A DNA stretch of 64,000 nucleotides from Blastocatellia bacterium (GTDB lineage Bacteria > Acidobacteriota > Blastocatellia > UBA7656). Shown here piece by piece: positions 56,756 through 64,000 of the stretch. The stretch's first letter is position 1. Each line of letters starts with the position of its first letter. The stretch is from assembly GCA_035575515.1 (NCBI GenBank), contig DATLXU010000091.1, positions 1,638-65,637 on the forward strand, read 5' to 3'. The notes below the pieces were generated by a model. It did not search any database. It had not been told where the DNA came from and saw only the letters and a list, made by a program, of their open reading frames with translations. The position numbers and the translations under genes are program-made.

Positions 56756-58060
56756 ATGCTCAACATTCGCGCGTTCAAAGCAATCGCAGTTGCAGTCCTT
56801 ATTTCCTTTTCTATTTCATCTATCGCGCTGGCGCAATCAAATGCGGTCACGGCGATTCGCTGCGGGCGACTCATCAACCCTGCGGATGGCTCCGTGACGC
56901 AAAACGCCGTAATCATCGTTCGCGGCGAAAGAATTGAGCAGGTCGGCGCTAATCTAAAAATTCCAGACGGCGCGCGCGTGATTGATCTGTCTAACTACAC
57001 AGTGCTGCCGGGACTGATTGATTGCCACACGCACGTGATGCTTCAGCCGGAAGACGAGCGGGGCGCGCCGCCCGTCATCACAAAATCGCAAGCCTTTCGC
57101 ACGGTTCAGGCAGTCGCCGCCGCAAAGCGCGATCTTGAAGCGGGCTTCACGACTATGCGTGATGTTGACAGTGAAGGCGCGGGCTTTGCCGATGTGGCGA
57201 TTCGCGACGGCATCAATCGCGGAATCATACAGGGACCGCGCCTGCTTGTCTCGACGCTCGCGCTCACGATCACGGGCGGGCACATGAACAACGCAGGGCT
57301 TAATCCCGATATTCAAATACCTGAGCCTGCGACGCTCACGGATTCGCGCGACGCGATGATTGCGGAAGTTCGCCGCGAAGTGAAATATGGAGCCGACTGG
57401 ATAAAGCTCTACGCGACGGGGACGCTGCGCCACGTTGATCCTGTGACGCTCGAACCCTTGAGCCAGGTTTCGCTTGAAGACGTGAAAGCAGTTGTCGCGG
57501 AAGCGGCGCGGTGGCACAGAGACGTGGCGGCGCACGCTTATGGTGGCGATGGCGCTAAGAACGCGATTCGCGGCGGCGTGCGCTCAATCGAGCATGGGAT
57601 GATGCTTGATGATGAAGCGTTGAAGATGATGGTCGAGCACGGCACGTTCTGGTGCCCTACATTGAGCGTTTATCTGCCTGAGACTCAGGAAGACGACACG
57701 GAGATGCGTCGTCGCATAGTCGCGCACCACAAGGAAGTTTTTCAAAAAGCGATGCAGATGGGCGTGAAGATTTGCTTTGGCACTGACGTTGGGGCATTCG
57801 ATCACGGAACATCTGCGCGCGAGTTTGTGAAGATGGTCGAATATGGAATGAAGCCGATTGAAGCGATTCGCTCGGCCACGACTCGCGCTGCGGAATTATT
57901 AAGGATGGAAAAACAGATCGGCGCAATTGAGCCGGGCAAATACGCGGACGTGATAGCAGTCGAGGGCAATCCGCTCGATGACATTCGCGCACTCACTCAC
58001 GTCGCGTTCGTGATGAAAGCCGGGCAGGTCTATAAAACGCCTCATCTGAGCGCGCACTAG
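56756..58060 (+). CDS. Secreted amidohydrolase-superfamily metallohydrolase
   Basis: A signal peptide. LPGLIDCHTHV (HxH), with later HAYG and SIEHG motifs. Confidence 0.85.
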   Translation: MLNIRAFKAIAVAVLISFSISSIALAQSNAVTAIRCGRLINPADGSVTQNAVIIVRGERIEQVGANLKIPDGARVIDLSNYTVLPGLIDCHTHVMLQPEDERGAPPVITKSQAFRTVQAVAAAKRDLEAGFTTMRDVDSEGAGFADVAIRDGINRGIIQGPRLLVSTLALTITGGHMNNAGLNPDIQIPEPATLTDSRDAMIAEVRREVKYGADWIKLYATGTLRHVDPVTLEPLSQVSLEDVKAVVAEAARWHRDVAAHAYGGDGAKNAIRGGVRSIEHGMMLDDEALKMMVEHGTFWCPTLSVYLPETQEDDTEMRRRIVAHHKEVFQKAMQMGVKICFGTDVGAFDHGTSAREFVKMVEYGMKPIEAIRSATTRAAELLRMEKQIGAIEPGKYADVIAVEGNPLDDIRALTHVAFVMKAGQVYKTPHLSAH

Positions 58061-58117
58061 AGAGCAATGGCGAGAAAAAAGAGATAATGGCCATCGTTGC
58101 AACCAGAAGTTGGCAAA

Positions 58118-58595
58118 TCAGGCGGCCAACTTCTCAACCTTCGGCTTCGGCACAATTATATCCAGCCGATCATTTAGCACTGCCACTCGTAATGATACTA
58201 TCTGGTCACATCCTCCATATCCCCATCTCCTCCCGCAGCCATTCGTCCTGTGACCTATTAATCGGCATCCTCCCTCTACTGCTCCACTGCCCAGTGGCAA
58301 TCCCTCCTGCTTGTACTTATTGTAGTCCATCACGTCGAGGCGAGTAGCGATGAAACTTGGCCTTCTTGCCACAGGATTTGCAATCGAGGTAGCTGCCCTG
58401 ATAGCCGCCTGCGAACAGTAGCTTTATCAACCCGGCCATGATTTTGACGGCGAATGCGGCAATCATAATCCAGACGGTCAATTCGATCCAGTAGAAGTTA
58501 ATCTTTGATTTGCCCTGTTTTTCAATCGAGTTATTGAGTTGATTGATAAGATCGTCAGCTAGAGGCAAAATAAGCTCACGGAGTTGATTCTCCAC
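58118..58595 (-). pseudogene. ISKra4-like transposase remnant (internally deleted, frames broken)
   Basis: The C-terminal piece YKQEGLPLGSGAVEGGCRLIGHRTNGCGRRW...VSLRVAVLN resembles the conserved end of ISKra4-family transposases. The upstream piece has the CxxCG zinc-finger segment YLDCKSCGKKAKF. The two overlapping ORFs are in different frames. Confidence 0.55.
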
Positions 58596-58692
58596 GGGGT
58601 AACCTCCTGATAAAGTTTGGATTTGCTTAAATCAGCAGCTTACCGTTTTCTTTACCAACTTCCAGTTGCCGCACCGCAAATAATCATGAGGA

Positions 58693-58722
58693 TTGACAGC
58701 GGGCAAACGCCGTAAGTAGAAT
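58693..58722 (+). promoter_or_regulatory. Sigma70-type promoter of tRNA-Lys
   Basis: TTGACA (58693-58698), an 18-nt spacer, TAGAAT (58717-58722), 9 nt before the tRNA 5' end. Confidence 0.6.
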
Positions 58723-58731
58723 CATTCTTGC

Positions 58732-58804
<73 letters not shown>

Positions 58805-58901
58805 CTTTTAGAATCTGTTATTTAGAGGCAACCAATAAGTTGCCTTTTTCTTTTTGGTGTATCAGCGGTGTGTCAGCCTTCGAGAACAATAAATTCTCAA
58901 G

Positions 58902-59015
58902 CTAATCTGATGCCGCTTTCTGCATAGATGGTAAGACATGCGCGTATGTGTCGAGCGTAAGCGTAATGCTGGCATGGCCTAGCAGCCTGTCGGAGAGAAA
59001 ATCCGCACGGCCTCT
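58902..59015 (-). pseudogene. C-terminal fragment of a tyrosine recombinase (phage-type integrase)
   Basis: Hand translation gives ..GRADFLSDRLLGHASITLTLDTYAHVLPSMQKAASD*, which carries the LGHxSIxxTxDxYxH catalytic-Tyr box. No intact upstream ORF exists. It begins 98 nt after the tRNA-Lys 3' end. Confidence 0.6.
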
Positions 59016-59121
59016 GAAGCACCGTTTTCGAGCAAATTCAGCTTCAATCGAACTTTTTCAGTGGCCTTTTTGGTTCTTTTTATCCTCTTTTTCAGCCTCC
59101 AGACACACTTATCCCAGTATG

Positions 59122-59651
59122 CTATGAAGCCGCTTTACATTGAATGCCAAGCAGGCCAGATTCCATTCTCCTCCTGCTCCCTCTATCCCTCTCAAGGAAA
59201 ACTGTCGAAATCCCCATCACCTCTTTGATTATCCCTATCACTGGCTCTACGGTGCTCTTGCCTAATCGGTAGATTGCCTTGCCTATCCCGGTTCTCAGCT
59301 TCGCGGCCTTCTTCTCTGCGGGCGCTCGCCTCCTCTTCAGGCGGTTGCTCATGCTGAAGGAAAAACCCTTGCCAGCTTCTATGATGCATCTGTCGCCCGG
59401 TTGCTATGTAAGGAGCGACCCCTCTGGCTTCCACTCCTTCTATGTTTGTTGGGCTGAAGTATCCACAGTCGAGTGCCGCTCGCCTCAGGCTTGCCTACTC
59501 GATGGTCTATCGCATCTACTGTTGGCAGGGCTTCCCTCTGATCATTGGCGTGATTTGACAGACTGTTTGATACTACAAGCACGCTCTCCTGATCTACTGC
59601 CACCGGCACGTTGTAATGCTGATCGAATCCGTCATCTGTGCTGTTTTTCAT
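59122..59651 (-). pseudogene. DDE transposase remnant (IS1182/IS5-like C-terminal half, at least two frameshifts)
   Basis: Three overlapping frames read ..YNVPVAVDQESVLVV..ANDQREALP.., ..GVAPYIATGR.. and ..KAIYRLGKSTVEPVIGIIKEVMG.., in the order expected for one DDE transposase. Confidence 0.6.
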
Positions 59652-59848
59652 AATGCCAGACTCCGGGTCGGTGAAGTTATGGCCTCAGTCTCTTTGGCAT
59701 CGTCTAGCGTAAAAGGCGGCGGCTCCAGAGTTTGTGATTGTATCCCGCTATCTGGAAGATCAGCCAAGAAATGGAATAAGTCACTACGATCTTCGGGCGA
59801 GAGTTGTTGAGCGAGCTTCTTTACTTGATCCAAAGATACTTTCGACAT
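59648..59848 (-). CDS. Small ORF resembling an addiction-module antitoxin component, 3' end abutting the IS remnant
   Basis: VSLDQVKKLAQQLSPEDRSDLFHFLADL resembles the N-terminal helix of small antitoxin-type proteins. No partner toxin ORF is visible. Confidence 0.3.
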   Translation of the reverse strand: MSKVSLDQVKKLAQQLSPEDRSDLFHFLADLPDSGIQSQTLEPPPFTLDDAKETEAITSPTRSLAL

Positions 59849-60188
59849 ACTGGCTCCCTGTATCTATCTCTAATATTTCTTTGACTGATCCGGCGCATTG
59901 AGGGACTCGCAGCCCAGCTATCTAAGAGTCACTCCAAAAATGATTCAAACACACGAGAACATACCACAACAGCAGAAACATTAAACAACTGGTTTCCTTG
60001 AGAGTTTAGCCAATAATCATTACAATGCGTCCGGCATCCTCATCAAAGGGAAAGCTGCGAATTATGCCAGTCCGCAAAGCATTGCCATTGCAACTGGCAT
60101 CTGCACGGATTGTTAAGGTTTTGAAAAGTATAGAAAGTGGCCGACGTTGTGTCGCTCACCTTCACGGTTGAAACGTGGAAAAATCTGT

Positions 60189-63100
60189 ATGCCAATAACT
60201 ATAGGTCAAATCGTTAAGAATCTAATTCCCTCCGAGCCGATTATCATTAACCAGATTCGGGAATTAGGCAGAATGGTATCAATCAGCTATACCGGAGTAA
60301 ATTCAAACGTCTCAAGCAACAAAGTAATTCCGCGAGATGAATTTGAAAGATTAGAAGTCTTGACATCGCAAGGGACTTTCAACTTCACAGGCGACCCCAA
60401 GAAATTTTCTCTCTTTGCCGAAGCTGAAAGAATCAATTCGGCTTACCAGTTCGATCCGCTCTTTGCTGTCAATTGCAGCATCGTTGATCCTCTGCCGCAT
60501 CAAGTCGAAGCTGTCTATAAATTTTTGTTGCCACTGCCAAAGATTCGATTTCTATTGGCGGATGATACCGGCGCGGGAAAGACGATTATGACCGGGTTGC
60601 TCCTAAAAGAGTTGATGATGCGCGGGGTCATCGAAAGAATCCTAATCATTACGCCGGGCGGCTTGACCAAGCAATGGCAGGAAGACGAGTTAGGCGTAAA
60701 GTTCAATCTACATTTTACGTTGGTAAATAGAAGTCTCTTCTCAGCAGACCCCAATATATTTCATACGGCAAATCGAATAGTTACTTCTATTGATTTCATC
60801 AGCCGCGAGGACGTGCTTACGGTTGCCGGAAATTCCCACTGGGATTTGATCGTATTCGACGAGGCGCACAAACTCTCCGCTTACGCCTATGGCTCGAAAG
60901 TTTACTTCTCACAGCGATACAAAGCAGCGCAAAAATTATCTCAGCAGTGCGAACACATCCTGCTGCTGACGGCAACACCACATCGCGGGCGACGCGACAC
61001 TTTCAAGATGCTTCTTCAGCTTTTGGACGAAGATATTTTCGCAACCGAAGAGATAGCCAGCGCTCGAATTAAAGAACTCGAACGCAACGGCGTTAATAAA
61101 TTCTTCATTCGCCGGTTGAAAGAGGACATGAAAGATTGGCAGGGCAAGCCGCTCTTCAAAGACCGGTTCACAAAGACAACATCCTATGAACTCACACCCG
61201 AAGAAAAGAATCTCTACGACTCCGTCACCAAGTATTTAACAACCAAGAAGGCTGAAGCTTCACAGTCGAAAAATATCCACGTTTCGCTCGCGCTTGCCGT
61301 AATGCAACGCAGACTGGTCAGCTCAATCTTTGCCATCAAGAATACGCTTGAGCGCAGATGGAATGCCTTGCAGGGGATTCTCGATGAGGTCAATCGGAAT
61401 CCGAATCTCTGGAATCAGCGGCACAAGCTCGAAATCTTCGATATAGACAGCATCGAAGGCTACGATGAGCTGGATGACGAAGAAAGAGACGCGCTCGAAA
61501 ACATCCTATCCGACCCGAAGAAATTCAAGCTCTTTACCACAGCCAAAAGCCCGCAGGAAATACAGGCGGAAGCGCAGGAAGTAAAGCGGCTCTTTCAAAT
61601 GGCCGATGCGCTTTATAAGAGCAACCTTGAAGAGCAGAAGTTCAAAAAGCTCCGCGAGTTGTTGACCTCAGAAAATGTCATCAATGGCGAAAAGCTTGTC
61701 ATCTTCACCGAGCATAAAGACACGCTCTTGTACCTCGAAGAACGCCTCAGGAACACCGGCTATACCATAACAACTATTCACGGCGGGAAGTCTGTTGATG
61801 AGCGCAGGCAGGCGCAATGGGATTTTGCCAAACCGGAGACTCAAATTCTGATTGCCACAGATGCCGCAGGCGAGGGCATCAATTTGCAGTTCTGCCGTTT
61901 GCTCATCAACTGGGACATCCCATGGAACCCCAATCGTCTGGAACAGCGAATGGGGCGCATTCATCGCTATGGGCAAAAGCAGGATGTGCTTGTCTTCAAT
62001 ATGGTCGCTAGCAATACCAAAGAAGGTCAGGTATTGCAGCGACTCCTGCAAAAACTCGACATCATACGCGACAGCATGGGAGATGACCGTGTTTATGATG
62101 TCATTCAGGATGTGCTCGAAGAAGTGCGGCTCGAAGACATAATCAACTCGGTCCTTAACGGGCAGAAAACTTCTCTTGATAGTTTCCTCGAAGATGATGA
62201 GCAACTAAGAATGCGGTTCTCTGAAAAGATTCAATCGCAGAGAGACAAGCTATCTCACAGCACGGTTGACTACCGCGATGCGCGCCAGTTGAAAGAAGAT
62301 TCCGACGAAAAGCGATTGCAGCCCATTTATATTCGCCTGTTTTTCGAGAAGGCTTTCAAGCTTCTCGGAGGCGAGTTCACCGAACTGCGCAAGTCAATCT
62401 ACCGGATTGACAAACTGCCCGATGCCATCGCAGAAACCCTGCGCAAAGACTACAACATCTTTGCCGATGTCATTCGCCAGCTTCTATTCTGTTTCGATAA
62501 GCAGGTCTTCCTCGATTATCAAAATGTCGGCGATCTCGGAAAAGTCCATTACATCAATCCGGGCAATCCGCTCTTTGACGCGGTTATTAAAGTCATCCGC
62601 CAAACTTGCCGCGAAGATATGCTCAAAGGGACAATCCTTGTTTCGCCCGATGACAGTGAGGATTATTTGGCCTTCTTCGTCAAGAGCCAGATTGTGGATA
62701 ATCGTCAGAGCAAGCAGAATGAAAGCATCGCGGATGAGCAGCTTGTTCTGGTCAAGCAGGATAAGACCGGCGCGTTCCAGCAAACATCTGCGGCGAAGTT
62801 CATTGATCTTCATCCTCCGACCGAGTTTGCCAAACTGCTTGAGCCGCCAGATGTGGTCAGTAATGACGAGGTGATTAGCTGGAGCTTCGAGAACATCACA
62901 GAACGGCAGCTTGAAGATACGCACAAACGAGTTCTTGAAGACACGACCAAACGCAAAGAGTATCTTGAAACAGCCTTCACCCATGTCATCGTGGATTTGC
63001 AGTCGCAGATTCAGGACTTACAAGGCCGGGTGCTGCTCGGCGATACCAGCGTGCAGGAAAAGATTCTGAAAAAGCAGGAGCGCATCAATGAGCTTCTGCG

Positions 63101-63611
63101 CAAGAAGCATCAGAGAATCGAAGACCTTGAATTGATGATGCAGGTCGCGCCGAAGCTGCCGGAAGTACTCGGCTGCGCCTATGTCGTGCCGCTCACGCAG
63201 GTAGAGTATCGCGGCCATTACGGGATGAGCCGCGACGACGAGGCAGAAGCTATTGCGATGCAAGTGGCGATGGATTACGAGAGGGCGCAGGGCTGGAAGC
63301 CGCTCGATGTTTCGGCAAACAACGAAGGTTATGATATTCGCAGCGTCAGCCCGGAAGAATTGAAACGCTATATCGAAGTGAAAGGCCGCAGCGGCGCGGA
63401 CGGCTCCGTGATGCTATCGGAAAACGAGATGAACCGGCTGGCGCAGCTTGGCGATTCGGCATGGCTTTACATCGTGACGAATTGTAAGAGCGAGCCGGAG
63501 CTTCACCGCATTCAGAACCCGGCAAACACGCTCAGGTTTGAACAGAAATCGAAAGGCATTCAATTCTTTCTGCCGATGCAGGAATGGAAAGACAAGATCA
63601 AACAATTATGA
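60189..63611 (+). CDS. SNF2-family helicase fused to a C-terminal DUF3883 / restriction-endonuclease-like domain
   Basis: [10 protein letters not shown] (Walker A), VFDEAHKL (motif II), [10 protein letters not shown] (motif III) and the helicase-C block [13 protein letters not shown]...[18 protein letters not shown]. The C-terminus is GYDIRS...YIEVKG...LSENEMNRL...WLYIVTNC. The start is set at the ATG at 60189 (MPITIGQ). Confidence 0.9.
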   Translation: MPITIGQIVKNLIPSEPIIINQIRELGRMVSISYTGVNSNVSSNKVIPRDEFERLEVLTSQGTFNFTGDPKKFSLFAEAERINSAYQFDPLFAVNCSIVDPLPHQVEAVYKFLLPLPKIRFLLADDTGAGKTIMTGLLLKELMMRGVIERILIITPGGLTKQWQEDELGVKFNLHFTLVNRSLFSADPNIFHTANRIVTSIDFISREDVLTVAGNSHWDLIVFDEAHKLSAYAYGSKVYFSQRYKAAQKLSQQCEHILLLTATPHRGRRDTFKMLLQLLDEDIFATEEIASARIKELERNGVNKFFIRRLKEDMKDWQGKPLFKDRFTKTTSYELTPEEKNLYDSVTKYLTTKKAEASQSKNIHVSLALAVMQRRLVSSIFAIKNTLERRWNALQGILDEVNRNPNLWNQRHKLEIFDIDSIEGYDELDDEERDALENILSDPKKFKLFTTAKSPQEIQAEAQEVKRLFQMADALYKSNLEEQKFKKLRELLTSENVINGEKLVIFTEHKDTLLYLEERLRNTGYTITTIHGGKSVDERRQAQWDFAKPETQILIATDAAGEGINLQFCRLLINWDIPWNPNRLEQRMGRIHRYGQKQDVLVFNMVASNTKEGQVLQRLLQKLDIIRDSMGDDRVYDVIQDVLEEVRLEDIINSVLNGQKTSLDSFLEDDEQLRMRFSEKIQSQRDKLSHSTVDYRDARQLKEDSDEKRLQPIYIRLFFEKAFKLLGGEFTELRKSIYRIDKLPDAIAETLRKDYNIFADVIRQLLFCFDKQVFLDYQNVGDLGKVHYINPGNPLFDAVIKVIRQTCREDMLKGTILVSPDDSEDYLAFFVKSQIVDNRQSKQNESIADEQLVLVKQDKTGAFQQTSAAKFIDLHPPTEFAKLLEPPDVVSNDEVISWSFENITERQLEDTHKRVLEDTTKRKEYLETAFTHVIVDLQSQIQDLQGRVLLGDTSVQEKILKKQERINELLRKKHQRIEDLELMMQVAPKLPEVLGCAYVVPLTQVEYRGHYGMSRDDEAEAIAMQVAMDYERAQGWKPLDVSANNEGYDIRSVSPEELKRYIEVKGRSGADGSVMLSENEMNRLAQLGDSAWLYIVTNCKSEPELHRIQNPANTLRFEQKSKGIQFFLPMQEWKDKIKQL

Positions 63612-64000
63612 CCCAAGCAAAAAAACTCATCGAAGTGGCGATGCCTATCAAAGAAATCTCGGCTGAGAGCGTTCGCGACAAGTCCATCCGTCACGGGCAT
63701 ATCTCGACCTTGCATCTGTGGTGGGCGCGAAGGCCGCTGCCGGTCTGCCGCGCTGTTGTCTTTGCTTCGCTCGTGCCTGACCCGTTGGATGAAAATTGCC
63801 CGCAAGCGTTTCGTGATGCGGTTGAGTCATTGCTCGGCCCGAAAGCCAATCCGGGCGATCCCTACAAGCCTTATGAAGATGTGCCTTACACAAGCGCAAT
63901 TGATCCGCAGGAAGACAACCTGCGAAACCGTTTGCTTATGTTCATCGGCAAATTCTCTGACGCCTATATCGAAAACGAGAAGAAGGGAAAGCCCACGCCC
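63608..64000 (+). CDS. DUF1156-type (COG1743) DNA methyltransferase, N-terminal 131 codons only (runs off window)
   Basis: Hand translation gives [59 protein letters not shown]... The frame is open to 64000. The ATG overlaps the helicase TGA (ATGA). It is not in the ORF track because it has no stop in the window. Confidence 0.85.
   Translation, partial: MTQAKKLIEVAMPIKEISAESVRDKSIRHGHISTLHLWWARRPLPVCRAVVFASLVPDPLDENCPQAFRDAVESLLGPKANPGDPYKPYEDVPYTSAIDPQEDNLRNRLLMFIGKFSDAYIENEKKGKPTP

Noticed and set aside
60064-60100. 8-bp hairpin ATGCCAGT...ACTGGCAT in the 340-bp leader of the helicase gene.
   Set aside because: It is a short, isolated stem with no flanking U-tract or recognisable operator symmetry. 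It could be chance.

Overview
Gene-dense 64-kb chromosomal segment of a diderm bacterium (TonB-type proteins, many signal peptides). Hand counts of a few 60-nt stretches give about 60% GC in core genes. Gene content and repeat style suggest an Acidobacteriota-like soil organism, but that is inference only. No searches were run; every family call rests on motifs recognised by eye in the supplied translations. Left to right: a partial NrfD/HybB-like membrane gene and a GcvH-like gene; tRNA-Thr with a small low-GC HNH/HTH insert; two orphan Dpp/Opp-type permeases; a 2-hydroxyacid dehydrogenase; a 540-bp gene-free region with a consensus promoter and terminator (candidate sRNA); a secreted thioredoxin-like protein; a two-gene BcrAD/BadFG-ATPase plus DUF2229 (BCR/HAD, PlsA/PlsR-like) operon; a Crp/Fnr regulator with two Cys-rich miniproteins; a CrtI-like oxidoreductase, a methyltransferase and a GT2; a 1271-aa lamin-tail/IPT surface protein; a BNR/Ycf48-like propeller; two tandem TonB paralogs; an ECF sigma/anti-sigma pair; a nitrate module (NarK, small membrane protein, Rieske, 4Fe-4S, NarB/NasA-type molybdoenzyme, NarI-like membrane protein) flanked by two hemerythrins and a RIC/YtfE repair protein; a five-gene Opp/Dpp operon; a secreted phosphatase and two secreted kinase-like paralogs; a run of secreted peptidases and hydrolases (M24, serine hydrolase, S9 prolyl oligopeptidase, M28/PA, amidohydrolase). 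From tRNA-Lys (58.7 kb) to the window end lies a lower-GC island with integrase and IS debris, then an SNF2 helicase fused to a DUF3883 nuclease-like domain, translationally coupled to a DUF1156 methyltransferase that the window cuts. Most notable: (1) this helicase-nuclease/methylase candidate defence module; (2) a perfect 72-bp inverted copy of the Fe-S-motif coding segment of the nitrate reductase gene, bracketing the narI-like gene; (3) the unusual subunit composition of the nitrate module; (4) families of intergenic hairpins built from heptamer tandem tracts plus a second REP-like family; (5) the orphan promoter/terminator unit.
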